A DNA stretch of 64,000 nucleotides from Phoronis australis (Eukaryota; Animalia; Phoronida): NCBI GenBank assembly GCA_002633005.1, contig NMRA01000953.1, positions 1 through 64,000 on the forward strand. The letters run 5' to 3'. Position numbers and translations under genes: made by a program. Below, piece by piece: positions 1 through 15,200 of the stretch. Position 1 is the stretch's first letter. Each line of letters opens with the position of its first letter. Under the pieces are notes generated by a model that saw nothing but the letters and a program-made list of their open reading frames with translations, did not search any database and was not told the origin of the DNA.

Positions 1-281
1 ACACTGGAACGGCGGCAATACTAGGTGGCGTGTTGTCCACTTGAATTGGCGCCGAAGACTTCGTGGTCGCGAGACCTGCTTTGTTAAAAGCTCGAACTGT
101 TGCGAATATAGGCGTCGCAAGAGGAAGGTCCATGTCAACCCTGACTTGAACATTGGAATTATGACAGTCACGGAATTGTTGGATATCACACTGTCCAACA
201 CTGGTACCAATGCACCACTCATAGCGACCGATTCCTGACTGGGGATCTTGGAATCCCATCCAACTTGCACTGAAATATTTC
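1..281 (-). CDS. Exon of giant repeat protein (FnIII-like repeat), continues beyond window
   Basis: Acceptor ttttag|G. Translates KYFSASWMGFQDPQSGIGRYEWCIGTSVGQCDI...FATVRAFNKAGLATTKSSAPIQVDNTPP. Not reported in the ORF track. Confidence 0.9.
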
Positions 282-3200
282 CTAAAATGACAAAACGGGA
301 CAAAAACAATGTTATAATAGTAACTATAAAATCAGAAGCCATGTTATGATACATTCATTACATATAATTTATTGCTTGTAAGGGAGACACGGGTTGTGCG
401 AAATTAAAGTTTGTTGCAATAAACATCTGCTGTATATCTATTTCCGTGAGTTCAGAGAAACTCAACGTTTGTTTCATTCGCATTCATAGTTCGCAATTGT
501 GTAGCAGAGGAATTTGCAATTCCTTTACTTTCTTATGGTGTACCTTGAAGATTGGTAATGACGAGCTCCGAACTGTAGATGACCGACTGTGACTATGCCC
601 GACAGTGGAGGGGTTGGATCGATGATTATCCCGTCTGACGATGCACGTCGACACAGGCCAACTGAGTTACATGCTTCGACAGTAGCAACATACCGTCGGC
701 CAGGTTTTAAAGGCGACGGCATAAACAGAGCTGAAATGATTAGCAAGGTGCGTGGTGAAAACGTACCGCGAAACACATCAACCTGTTGAAACCAGGTCAT
801 GAGGTGTTTTTTTTATCTGACTGTTGAAACTGAGAAACTTTCTGTCTCTAATACAGTAACGCAAACTTACCCGAGCAGACGCATCTGCTCCAAACCTCCC
901 CTGTCAATCCTCATTTAAGCATACCGTGATCAGTAATTGTATTTTATGTTAAATCGTTAGGTGAGACAGTTGCCCTTGATTTAGGGGGTTAGCTGAACTC
1001 TAATTCAACCCACGACACCGCAAAACCATATCACTATCCCGATGACTTACTAGTCCGAAGTATCATTACTATAAAGGCGCACTACTTCTGAAGCCAGGTC
1101 CACTACGCCAACATCTCACTGCTATGAATGTCTGCTAAAGTACTAAGCACTTAACGGTAGAACAGGAGTTTAATAGTGCTAAAACACTGATTGCATTTGG
1201 TACAAATGAGGTTATTTCCAGTCACACAGGGACAAACACCAGGTACGTGGATATTTTATTTTTGGCAGTTGCGACCAACATGCGGCTGCGAATTTGAGAA
1301 GACGTGATTGGACTCTCCTGTAAGGACATCGTACTAAAATTAGACTCAATGAGACTCTGCGAGTTGTTTCGAAGCTGTGGGTGCAGTTCATGTGCAGCGG
1401 ATAGACTTTCCAGTCGCGCTTTGAGATTATCCGATCTTGGATTTCGTGAATGTCAGTATTGACCTTCGGGGCAGTAAACCTTTGGAGTAGTGAACCTTCC
1501 AGGTGGTAAGCCGTCAGGTACACAGTTCCTATAATTTTGAGCAAAATGTTTTAGTTAGCTTATCAACAATTTAGTTACATACATGTATAGGCCCTACTCA
1601 CAAGTGACCAGTCCCACGTTTGACAGCATTGGTTCATCTTTTTCTTCTGCAACACCTACATGGTATTCGGTTATGGGGGAGTGTGGGTCGTGGAACCCGT
1701 CCCAACTAACGCAGATTGTTGACGTGCTTGTCTGAAAGTCGTAATCTGCTAGGCTGGTCAGATTTTTGCAGTCTCGCACCAGGCCAGAAGATGGCGGAGA
1801 CGAGTCGTACACAAACTTTGCATAAGACGACGTCATCAAACCGGCCCCATTTATAGCCTATTGGGTAGTAATAATAATACCAAATGATATTATGATTAAT
1901 CAAGCAGTTGCTGTGTAGTATTTAAAACCCCATCCTTTGGTCCACTGGTAGCTTTCTAGGCAATAGAGAGGTGGCATTACGACAAGCATGTTTCCTTTCT
2001 TAATTAGCCGTGTCCGTAGTGGCCGGTCCAAGCACCCTGTTTCATCTGTATCGGTATGTATGCTTACAGGTGATTTTAGCTAAAAGAAGTTTAATGAAAA
2101 TTCATTTACATGCAAGAAGGTAGGTTTATGTTTGGATACTTGTCGAACGTTAACCCATTGTTATAGCTTGAAACGTTTCTTGTGACTTCCGAAAACGGAC
2201 AGCGTCAGAACATTCAAGTGTTTGTGAGAGACACGTTACGTTAAACCATTATTAACGCAAAACATTATTTGCGAAATATACAACATCTTTTCCGTCCATA
2301 GTCAAGAACATGCCCGCATGTAACGTTCCTTTAGTAAATAAGTGCATTTACTTGTACAAAATGTCATTTTACGAGAAAAAACCGCTTGTTATGAAAGNNN
2401 NNNNNNNNNNNNNNNNNNNNNNNNNNNNNNNNNNNNNNNNNNNNNNNNNNNNNNNNNNNNNNNNNNNNNNNNNNNNNNNNNNNNNNNNNNNNNNNNNNNN
2501 NNNNNNNNNNNNNNNNNNNNNNNNNNNNNNNNNNNNNNNNNNNNNNNNNNNNNNNNNNNNNNNNNNNNNNNNNNNNNNNNNNNNNNNNNNNNNNNNNNNN
2601 NNNNNNNNNNNNNNNNNNNNNNNNNNNNNNNNNNNNNNNNNNNNNNNNNNNNNNNNNNNNNNNNNNNNNNNNNNNNNNNNNNNNNNNNNNNNNNNNNNNN
2701 NNNNNNNNNNNNNNNNNNNNNNNNNNNNNNNNNNNNNNNNNNNNNNNNNNNNNNNNNNNNNNNNNNNNNNNNNNNNNNNNNNNNNNNNNNNNNNNNNNNN
2801 NNNNNNNNNNNNNNNNNNNNNNNNNNNNNNNNNNNNNNNNNNNNNNNNNNNNNNNNTTGACGCACCTAAGGAATACCAGTACGAACGCACGCCGGTGGTC
2901 AAACTTGGCAAAGACTCTTCCAGATCCACAAAACTATTCCAATCTACCGTGACGTAAGCATTAGTTGTCAAAAACCCATTAACTGCGTTTGTGACAATTA
3001 CTTCACCAGGTATAGGACTGTTTGTGTCAACTATAAATCCATTGCTGCATAGGTGTTCTTCTGTTGTATCCTCTACACCGTCAAAAACCGGTTTCCTTGG
3101 GAACTGTGCATGGACGCATATGAAGTATTTGACGCCATGTAATAATTTGATGTTTGGTATCAACACGTTGTTTTTCGAGTTCTTCAGAAACGCAATGCAC

Positions 3201-6200
3201 GAAGGGTTATGGGAACAGTTTATAAAAGGGTCTGGAGTGGTTGTCACAGACCACGTATATTCAGAGAAAAGTTTTCCAGTAAGAAGAGCACTGGCGCTCT
3301 CCGTTATATTTGTGAAGTCTAGTTCCGATCTGTGGAGGTCTTTCAACGTTTTCGTTTGGACACTTGACGCGTGCGCTACTCCAGCAAATCTTTTAATGTC
3401 TTTATAAGAGAGATCGTGTACTGCTTTATCGAGGGCTGCAGTTGTCGCTGATTCAAATTCAATCTTTTTTACCGCCACGGCATAAACATTCGATAGTGAA
3501 TGTCCTCTCAGAAGAACGTACATGCGTTGTAGCCTGTGATGGTTCCAGTGAAAATTGGCAGTGTCCTAAAACACAAAACAATGAATCAAGAGTGCCGAAT
3601 GAGTCTTTTAACAATTTGAATTACGCGTAATAACGACACATTTTTAATGACTCACCTGAGTGCTATTATAAACAGCAATCCAATGGTTTCCCACGTCTTT
3701 CATTTTGTAACTGGGCGAAAGAGTCCACTCATATCTAATCACTTCTTCATTTTTTGTCCCGTGATCTACTCGAAAACTTTGCCACCGGATTGAAACCTCC
3801 GCTGTGTAATTACCGGAAGTTCCTGATAAGTAGACATTTGTAAAAATATCACCAGCCGTAGGAATGCTTGGGGTAACAATTACACCGTTTGAAATTGACG
3901 GTGACATGCACACCTGATGGAAACACGGGCGAACGTGTAATCTGTATCTGTTTCCGGGAGCGAGGGTCAGGTTATGGAAAGTGGATCTGTGTTCCCTTTG
4001 TACTTTCCAAGGCAGTAAGTCGCCCACACTAACACACGAAGGCGAGCACGCTTCTATCGACACTTTGCTTTCGTAGTGTGTGACATGTTTTTTAATATCT
4101 CTGGGAAAATTCCAGTACCCTGAAATCATTGTTGTATCGGACTGGTAATCAAGGTCTATCTGACATACCATAAGTTTGACAGAAATCACCTCCAGTGTAG
4201 TTTTTGCGTGATTGACGACATCAAAAACGTATTCTTGATTTTTCCACTCGAAAGTAAAAAGCACGCGGTGCGTAGAGTTGTCGGAATCAAAATCCATCGT
4301 CTTAGCTGATTCAGCGTTTTGAGTCACCGTCACATTTGAAAGATCTCCATGACTTGAGAGCTTAATGGTGAAGTGCGAACCAAAGAAAGGAACGATTCCA
4401 GAAAATTGAAAGGAAAATTTTGATTTCGGGTTAATAGAAAACCCTTTTAAACTCTCAAGGACTCTTGATTCGTCGCAACCGATACCGTCGAAAACAGCCA
4501 CAGACATCTGGGATATGGAACCACTAAATACCATCGCACCGTCGGAGGAAACAGTCACAGGAAGCGACTGAGCTTGGTCAAGGCTTGCCATCACAGTTGC
4601 ATAAGTTTTTGTGAAGTCTGGCATCTTTGGCAGGAAGAAACATGCAAAGTTATCTCCAAAAATGGTGGCGTTCTGAATGGGTGTAAAATCCATGATGTCT
4701 GTGCAGTTGTCTGAAGTTCCCAAACCAACAAAGTAATGAATACGGCCATTGTGTGTGTGGAATCCTGCCCACGCCACGCAGAATCTGTTCCCCTCTACAT
4801 AATCAACATCATTTAGCGTGCCAATTACAGGATCAGGACCAATGTCATAAACAACCCCGGCAGTCGGGCGTAAAGCTGACGATATTTGAAATGGAGGCGC
4901 TTTAAAGACACTGTAAAGCCCTGCTTTGTTAAACACTTTCAAGGCTACAGTGTAGGTGTTTCCAAATCCATCATCAGCATCCTGAAGAGGTCGCTTTTCA
5001 ATTTCAAGTCCAACTCTCCCTTGGCAACAGATGGTTTTTGGTGTAAATGCTTTGAAATGAGCGACGGCTTGGTTGTTTTCGTCAGTTCCTGCAACAAGTC
5101 GTTGTTGTCTGTGAAGACTCCACCAAATGGGAATTAGGTAAAATTAATACAGTATATGTACACGGTTAGGAACTTGCACTTATTAGTGAAGCTGTGCCTT
5201 CATTGCGAATCAGGCACATCCGATTATGTGTGAAAAACTTGAATAAACCAGAGGAGGAATTAAAAAACAAAAACAATACAAGAGCAAAACTTGCGTTAAC
5301 CGTTTGTTAATGGCAGACATTGGTGTATTCACATGGAAAGTGAAAAGTACTAAAGAACGATAGGAGTTACTTACTAGAAGACTACAAGTTGGGTACGCAT
5401 AATGTTTCGAGCCTGCTGCTCATGCCCTTGTTCACATGACTGATCTTCCCGCCGTTGTTGTACCGGAAGTAACACATTGTCTTAACGACGGGAAGGTCAG
5501 TCACGTGAACAAGGGCCTAAACTTCAGGCTTGAAACGTTATGCGTACCTAGCTTATAGTCTTCTAGTAAGTAACTTCAATAGTTTTAACCATCTTCACAG
5601 AAGGCAACGATGATTTATGAACACTTTTAACTTAAAATTACTACGGCAGAAAAAGAAAACAAACACTGACCCAGTCCAAAGCATACGCGCAAGCAAATAA
5701 TAAATACCTTCCTCTTTAAGTGAAACTTAAGGCGCATGCGCCTACATGCGAAACATCTGAGCGAACATTCTTTGGAAAACGCACATTTCAGTCGCTTATA
5801 TGTGATATTGATATCATCAAACGAAAACTGATGTTCAAGGAAGATTGCATACCAAAAGATTCAAGGGACTCTTTTATACGTTTTCTGTAAATTATACCTT
5901 GATCTTCCATTACCGTTGATTGTAAACAATTGTCGACTAATTTTTGCTATGATCTGTGGAGTGAAAGTACCGGTAACGTCGGATAGATTTAAATCCCACT
6001 TAATATAAATGTATCTCTGATTCGATATTGTCAAGTGGCATTTAATGAGATATTTGGAGCTATGACTGTTAGTTAACCAGCCTTAATCACCAATTTTAAG
6101 TTTGATGGCAACCATGGGCAAAGTACCTACAAGTACAATGACCCTACTTTGACACTGAGTGGGGAGAGGGTGCCAATTTGAAATGAGTACCCTTGCCATG

Positions 6201-9200
6201 GTAACCAGGTAGTTTGCCAGTCGAAATGAAGAATGTCAGCATTGATGGCAAATTCATGTTAGAAGTAGGGAACCAGCTTGCCAAGAATATTTGAATTGGT
6301 CCTTTTGAAATTTAAAGCGTACTGCTTATCTGAACCAAATATCGGTAACCAAGTATTTTCGCAATCATGATCACAAGTTTTAGGCAAAATGGCAGTCGTG
6401 TTTGAAGACAGGCAACCAAGCTCAAACCATTTTAGTGACTTTCCCCAAAAGGTAGACGAGTGTCAACGTTGCACGTGCAAGCTTGACACTTGCCTAAATA
6501 GAATTAGATCAGCTGAAAACGTTATGGATTTTGATGATACTTATATGTGAGCTTGGCAGCCCACATCATTTTGAGTGATTGCGATACGTGTTGCTTGCTT
6601 CTAGCATGACTCATAGCAAAGCTTTATCTAAAAGACTCCAAGTTTGACCTTATGACCATATGAACGATTTCATTCAAACTGTTGTTTATTATACGTACCA
6701 ATTGCTATCTGATACTCTCCAATGCCGTCTGAATACTCCTCATCGTAAAATGAACCATCAGCCCAGGATACAACAATGGGGTCACCATGTTTGAAGCCCA
6801 TGTCAACTTGCAAAGTACCAACCATCCGAGGGGGTGTCTCATCCACCAGAATAGGTCCAAATGAGAGCTGGCTGTGAAGTCCAGACTCGCTAATGACAAT
6901 CATTTGAACGGATATTTCGTTACCTTCGTCCAGCCCAGAAAATATTTCAGTAAAAAAATTTGCCCCACGCGTAGATTTCATTCCGGAGAGGTCGTTGCTG
7001 ACGCCAATTCTGTAGTCGTGAATTGGTGACGAATTGGATGTTTTCCAGTGAAGTCGAATGTGGTCCGTAGTTATGAACTTTGGCAACGACTCGTTGTAAA
7101 GGGAATTGAGCTTACATATATCTTCACTTGTCTCACTGTCCATTGCTGATCCATTGGTTGGTGATGGGATAACAGGAATGAGATTGATGTCGACCTCAAC
7201 TTTGTCTGAACATTTCATCCGACATGCAGTGACTGGTGACAATCGCATTCTGGTGAAATTACGAAAAACAAACCAAATTTCACGTTCACTGATGTTAATG
7301 CAAATAATCCCTTCATGGACACGTAAACCATTCAAATAGATGTCTCTGAACTTAGGTAGTATGCTGTCCACCTGTACACCATCAGAGCACGCAGGTTCTG
7401 ATGGCTCGTTGGCACTGTTATATGCTACAACACTTAGGTAGTATTTGCCATCTTTGTTGGCAACACCAGTACCATGTGAAACTGTTGAGTTTTTACCAAC
7501 TAAGCCTAATTCTTGTTTCGAGAGGCAGAGTTCAGCAAAAGCATATTTGTAGTATGAAACTCCACTTTCGTGGTCATAAAAGCCATGCCAGATGCCAGAC
7601 AGTGTCATGTCACTCTGGTAATCAACGTCTTGTTGGGAGTCTAAGTTCCCGTCACGAGCGACACCCGTGGTTGGCGGTGACGCATCTATTAGAATTTTGA
7701 CCGAGTACGGCGCAGTTGCTAAAAGAGCTTTGTTCCTTGCAATAAGCGTTATGAAATACTCGCGGTTGTGATTTCCCTTATGTTTTCTTTCCTCAACTAG
7801 GTGGTTAAGGTCAATAGAGTAGTTAAAATACTCGCATTCTGCACCGACGACAGTAGGGCAATACGTATTTTCACGATTATCTGATGCCTAGAAGAATAGA
7901 ACAGCTTAAATTAGTATACGCAAAATTCTACAAATAATAAAGTAGATGTGCTAATGAGAAAATGAAAAGTAACGAAAGAATCGAAAACTTCGAAGCATTA
8001 GATTTGTGTAATGGTGATGGGGTTGTGGCCAAACCTAAAACACCAAAGATTCTGTCCTACGTCCATTAACCTACACCAATTCGAAGGGAGCTATTGTTAC
8101 ATTTCTTGGACCAATTGAACTCAGAATCGCATCGATGTCGTATCGTTACCGCTGACGGCTGTTAAAACAAAATTCGACATTATTGGTTAAAGCGCACTAA
8201 TGTGAGCACAATCACCAAATGCAACCCTGCTAGACAATGAACAATTTGTTCAAAGTACTGGAGAGATAGGGGACAGCATGCGGTATCGCGATTATGCAAC
8301 CGGTTTTCCACACCACAAACTGTCAGGTTTTACCAAAGGGAAGTAATAATCAAAAATAAAGACTTGCACAGACTTTCGAAATACACGTTGAGGCAATTTT
8401 TGTTTCTAAAGTGATCGTTAAATTACAAAAGTTTGTTCAGACCTTCGAACAACAAAACTAGCAATCTAGGTATCGAGCCTACTCAAAAAAGGTCTACCTA
8501 GGATATTATTTTAATTTCAAATGCAAGACCGACAAAGGGATACGATCAGCTCCAGGTGTTGAAAAAGAACAGCTTGTTAGTATATTACGTGAATATAAAT
8601 GCTTGAAAACTTACTGACTTCACCGGAAGAGAACCTTCGCTTATATCGGAAGCATCTCGAGACGTACCCATCTTCCATTTTACATCGTGCAAACCGCTGT
8701 GAGCATCCATCGCTTTGAAGACGAATCTCATGGTCGACAAATCAGTTTCGAAGTGAACAAAGAGCTCTCGAAGACCGTTATTTGTAACTCCGACGCTCGA
8801 AATCATTGGTGGAGTGGAATCGATTTTGAGAACCACGGTGTCGTTTTTAGTGTTGCCCATTATGTCTTTGGCTTGAATCATAATTTCGTAACTATCGCCG
8901 TCCTGCATTGCATTGCCTGTATCGTGCGTGATCACTGTCTGCAAAGGACTGGGGAGACTTACAAGGTTGTTGATAGAGTCTGGTATCAACGCAATGGAGT
9001 ACTTGAACTCTACAATTCCATCAACATTAGGCGTCCCTGTCACTGGCAGCACACCTGTACCTTGATCGTATATTCCAACCATGGAAGAATTGGAAGCTAT
9101 TTGTTTCAGCATGTTGCTGTGTACGTGGAAAGTATTGTGGAATCGTCTCGTCCAATTGACGGTCAAGGGACCGAGTATTGTCTGCCAAGTAAAGTTCGTA

Positions 9201-12200
9201 TTTGGATCTGCAGTACTTACAACAATCTCGTGCGCTTCGGAAATTTCAACTGTCGAGTTTGGATCAAAAAGAACAAAGCGTCTTGCGTGTTTGACGTTGC
9301 GGACCATGTCTACTACGTCCACGTATACAGCGTAAAGTCCTTGAGAAGGCAGGGTAAGCTGCAAAGACCCCTGTGACCTATTTGTCTCGTGCGTAGTTCC
9401 TTCTATGCCACCGATTTTGAGGTAACGGTTCTCTTCAACTACTTTGTATACAGCAAACTCTAGATAATCTATGCCGGATGCCAACTCATTATGTCCAGAG
9501 CTCGGTATTGGATCTAACCAGCCACCATACGTCACCGTTATATTTGGATTCGTAGTGATGCGTGGGACTACGTCAATAGGGTAACTCGATCCTAGATCAC
9601 AGATGTTCATTTCTGAACAATGAATCGGGGCTGCGTTGTCATACGTCATGCAGATAGTTTTGTTGTTCCGTGTGGATTTAAAATATTTTGTAGTATCGAC
9701 CAAACTGTTTACAGTAACATCATGAGTAGTAAGGTACCCACCCCCTACAGCCTGATAGTCAATGCAGTATCTGCAATAATAAAAAATACAACTCAAGTTT
9801 TGACGAAAAGGCATAACATTGTTGCTTTATGACAGAAGCCAGAGTTGCATTCCGTATGGTACACAGCTTGGGAGATTTGCAGCATCATCGAGTAATATAA
9901 CGTGAGTGAAATTCTAAGCTCAGATACATTTATGCTTTCTGGCACTTTCTAAGCCAGGAGCTTAATCTTTGAACTAAAAAACCGACTCCAAATTTGTTTT
10001 GACAATGTCCGTTCTACTCTCATATGAATGCAAGAAGGGTGTCTATTACACTCTGCTAGAGTAAAGAACAATTTACTTGGATAAATGTCTAATGTAGTTT
10101 GCATAGTTTGCACCTGATTTCATCAGATAAAAGCTAAAGATTCTGTGTCTGACCTAGATTTTTACCCTAAATATAGGGATCATGAATAGACAACTTAGAC
10201 TAAAAAACCAATCTGCTTCAACCATAATAGACTCAAGCACAGAGGAATAAGCATCAAAACTATATATTTTAACGTATGCATCTTTTGAAAGTACAAAATT
10301 CCCTAGAAATTGATGGGAGACTTCATCCCAACCGCGCGTTAATTAGGTCACGTGACCATACTTTTAGCAAAATTAATAGCAAAACATCAGAATCAATAAC
10401 ACAATCAAATTTCGTATGACAAAAACGCTCAAAATAAAATCTGAAGAACGGTTTTATGGTTTTCGTGGTGACCGTTTCGTTTTCTTTACATGCAGCCTTA
10501 AAGTTGTTTTCATGAAATTCATGCTTGTCCTAAGACGCTTTCGGAAAACTGTATAAAGCATAGCACCTGACAGTTTCCTGTGACTGGCCATTTTTGAGGT
10601 ATAATTTTCCAGTCACTTTGGGGTCTTGCATAACCTTAAAGCACGACAACAAAGGTAAACATCGTGATCAATTTCAAGTTTAGATACAGCACAGCAGGCA
10701 GGGGGTTTTTGCTCCAATGGTTTTACACCAAAATGCTAACAATAAACACTTGAAAAATGAAGTGTAAGTTTTTAGCAAGTACTCGTAAGTTAGTTACCTT
10801 GCCATCATGCACTGGCCCCTAATAACCTAGATCCACAAGGAAAGAATGCTTAATAATAAGAGAGATATCATTAAAGTGCTTAAAGCCGTATTTCACCTTG
10901 TTTTGACAAGTACTAACTATCCTTCCTTTATAAAACGATTTATATACCACATTCGTGAATTCACTTGCCCACTAGCGACAAAATAACAAAGTGACATTAT
11001 TTCAACCCGGCGCCGTGTCTATGTCCAACAGTACGTCATTTTCTTGAGCAAACATGTGCCATGCACGTGACTTTTGACGTCTACCAGGAACGTGAAAAGA
11101 GACCCAGAATGTTCCAATACTGAGATGATTTGTCACACCACCACAAACGCAACTCCTCACCATTCCTTATTTTTACCGTGAACCACGAGGAATCGAGCAA
11201 AAATGTCAGACGTTTTTTCACAATAAACACAAGAGAAAATGACTAATATTGTGAGTGGTTGCTCCGATTTTGCATACATATAGTAGGTATTGAACAATAC
11301 GTGCTCGTAACTCGAGATCAGGTTATTAGCATATCGTCTGATAATGTTTGCGTATACTCTGATCGACTGATGAATCACCGGTGGGCTTGTTTACTGGTCA
11401 TTTTGATATGAAATTGGTAGTTTTAAGCACTTTGAATTTCACGAATTCCGTTCCAAAAGCCGCAATTTCCAGTCCCAAAAGTGGTACGAGTGACTTTAGC
11501 TGCAGAACGTACCCCGAGCCATCTCTATATAACATCAGTCACTTACATGTACATGTACAAGGACTATATATCTCTACTTAAAACTACCTGTGAAGGGGGT
11601 TGTGTGGCGGAGGATTAAAGAGGTTTTAAGTACCCTCAGGGATACCGTCCGAAAAGCGGTAACGCCAACGTGATTAATCCCGCGAAACAATAGCGAAATC
11701 TTGCATTTCATTACTAAAGTGCCTGTATCTTTTGGGTCAAAGATAACACGCAAATTGACATGGTATTTGCCGCGTTATACATGTGCGTTATATACAGGTG
11801 ATGTGGTTTTCATTTTTCTAGGGATAGGTCGACACACAAGTCTTGGAACAGACAGGCAGACTTTTGCGCAAGCTTGCTCTGTTGTGCATAATGAAACATA
11901 AGATATTCCCTTCAAAAATCAACCAACCCTTGATATGATTATTTTCATGTAGAACAACCTTAACACGCAAGGCAATCTAAACTCTGATAATTTATTGTTT
12001 CCAATTTGATCTCATTTCATTTCTTACTCGTTAAGTCTTGGCTTCAAAAAAGGTAAGTATTCGGCGCGTGAAATGACCAAACTTGGTTTTAAAACTCACT
12101 ATTGAGCAAGAACAAGTTACCTTCTACAGCCATGAGATCACCTTCAGTTCAAGTGAGGAACTGAAAACGGACTTTTTCAAAGCTGCATCAAAGTCAGTAT

Positions 12201-15200
12201 CGCACATCCTCTATAAATAGTACATTACAAAAACAGAAGAGGTATGGCTACAAGTGCAGGACAAGGAGCTAGAAAGCTTGAAAACTTGTATTAGTTACCA
12301 TGTAAAAATAGACAAGATAGTTCCGTTATTTAAGAACATATCTGGGTCATTAAAAGCATGCACGTTGTGACAGAATTATGCCCAGCGTTTTATTAAATAC
12401 TTGTATCCATTTCGAAGATTATCTCCATCAAATGCCACATTTTCTTTACAAGTAACAGTTGATGCTTGTACGTGATCTTTGGAGAATTGATGAGTGCAGT
12501 TGCTTGTTGATTTTAGACTGCTGTTGGCCAGTCTACCTAAAAAAGAATAAACATGCATTCACTTGGATGCTTGCATTTTACACACATCAATACAGGTCAC
12601 CCGATCATTTAGTTTCATTTCCTTTCAGTCTTTGACAGTCCTGTCAAATTGCAGTGCTTTGGTTTCTTCTTGAAGACTTGCTCACAGAACCTTTGTTTAA
12701 ATGTTATTGTTCCGAAGGCTTAATATGAAAAAGTTTCACTGTTCTGGTAATTCGAAGATTTCCTCAAATGATCACAACATCGAAAGTTTGCAAGGGCTTC
12801 TACAGAAATACAGGAAGTCTTAGAAATAGTTAGCAATTTGTTGCCTTGAAAGGCAGTTTTCTGCGTTCCACACACCTACCCAATCTCTTCATTATATCTT
12901 AGAATTCACCTTCGTCCACAAATAATAACAATGACAATTACCATCGTGTATCGTGCTGTGAAGCCAACAGCATGCGAATTCAGTGCACCTTCATTTGGCA
13001 TAAATAAATTGGTTCCGAACATTGCCACTCTTTCTTAACTGAATGGATGCACTTTATAAATTATAGGAGTGACATAACATGACGTAACATACTACATGTA
13101 TTTTGGGAATACAGGGTGACCAAAAAACGTATTCCACGTTTTTGCTTCTTATGTGCATGTAATTCAGAATAAAATCATGATCTGGCTAGCTATGGAACGT
13201 CATACAAATGTATCTAGGAAATGGCTTAACGGATCCACATGAAATGCTCACATTCTATTGTTTTATGCAGTGTTCTCCAACACTGTTCTATCGTTCTCCT
13301 GCTGCTTAAGTTTTGAATCGATCTTAAGCGCCGAATTTCAGCGCCATGAAATGCAGCGTAAGATTTTTAATGGCTTATTTCTTTTTGCCGACTCTTCAAT
13401 CAAATGTTTTTCTTCCACACGGTTACTTGTGCATCACGACAAATTGGGTGATTTGATTTCACTTGGTTGTAAGAACAGTATTTTAATATAAGTATGCCTA
13501 CCAGCATACTAAATTTCGGAGCAAAATTTCCTTTGGCGAAACTGCCATCATATCTCAAAAGTTGTCGCAAAATTTTAGAAGATGGCGCATCCTAGTGTCA
13601 CGAGCATACTGTCGACGACAGACTTTTCTTTAAATACAAAAGCTGGAGATGTTCAATTAAACCCCTGTAACGGATAAGGTGAGTGTCGATTCTGCCAGGT
13701 ATCGTGTTTCCCCATGTCTCTCCTGCCCAGTAGTTACATGTAGCTCTGCGTGACAACCAGAATTACACGGCGATTTCGAGGTCTATGTACACTTCATTCA
13801 CAGCGACCCCTCGCGGTATTTTGACGATGGGCTTCATAAAGCTACATATACAGTACATGTACATGTACATATTGCTAGGTGGCTATTATGACGGCATCTG
13901 GCGATTTGCTGCAGTAGCGTCGAGAGTAAAAAGAGGACTCGGGGCAACACGATACCTAGCCCTCTGACCCGGTAGGCTACTCTACAAGAACCACCCACCC
14001 ACACATCCCTTATTTTACAGGCAAACTACTGTATGTAAATCGTTAACACTGTGTTAATTGCTGGAGTAAAATTGATTTGATGTTATCCAGCTTGTATTTT
14101 AGTGTGATTACGTCATTGTCGCTACATCTGCAACTCTTGATCTCGGCTATTTGTCTCCTGAAATTCCTGGAATTAAAAAACTTACAGTGACTTATAGGTA
14201 CCGACTTGGCTCCAGTCTCGATATGACATGCAATTTTTTCTTCTTTAAAATTTTCTAAGCCATTCCATCTCGCGTGAGTAACGAAATGATGTGAAAACCT
14301 TTTGTCTAGCAGAAAGTGTGCAAGTCAAAGTTTACTTCATTATTACTGGAAAGTAACTGGATAGCAACTTAAGGACATGTACAATGTAGGACCTTAGTTT
14401 TTATTTTTAAGAATTTTTCAGCATTGAACATGCGTGTGGCTGAATCTTTTATCTTCATTTCTAGTTAATTTAAAAATCGATATATTGCCAAGTTATGGTA
14501 GCAAAAACTTTTTCCCAGACCCACCTGAAGCTCAGGGAATATTGTTTGCTACTTAATTGCATGAAAGTTCAAAGGTTACAGAACTTTCACATAAGTAGAA
14601 TCATTCGACAGGAATTGAGCAGTTGAGAATGTACCCCCATTCCTAATTTTCCTCCAAGTTATGATAAATGCGCACATGCGTTCACAGTTGCTTTGCTTGA
14701 AGTCCGTTGAGATCAAAGGTCGCATTCTCTATATAACGGAAATTTGAAAAGCGTACATCTTGCCATACCAAATAAGGAGACGTGCTTTACCTTGCGGGAG
14801 AAAAATCGACAAAGTGGCGATCATTTGACAGATCGTTTTTTTTTTGAAGAAAATGCTTTAATGTCAACAGAAGTAAAATCTTTAGAAAGAAACCCCAACA
14901 ATACCTGGTGAGCAGGTTGAGCTCTGTTTCAGTGACAGATAAGCACTTTCTATACTGCAATTTAGTTTTTTCATTGCGTTTCAGTCCTCTTTAAAGCTCA
15001 GTGTTTTTCAAGATCACGAATAAGCATGAAACATGTGTCTTTGAGCCCAAGTATCAATGACACCATCAATTAAAAAAGAAACATTAAAATAAAAATTGCC
15101 CTGGAGTAATTTCTTCTACATCAAATTGTAAATCTTACCAGCTTCTGTGTACGTATGCACTTGTAGGGTGGCATCTATAATACCAAAGTGATAGTCTTTA

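Noticed and set aside
1212-1544. 110-aa minus-strand ORF as an extra exon
   Set aside because: The flanking exons 1602 and 730 join directly in phase and complete the repeat; the ORF has no family motif.
2310-2957. Long ORFs spanning the N gap (also those at 31832-32236)
   Set aside because: Artefacts of translating N runs.
8687-9376. 229-aa plus-strand ORF, and similar ones at 2991-3407, 28780-29094 and 41624-41908
   Set aside because: Antisense shadows of the minus-strand coding exons, with no recognisable motifs.
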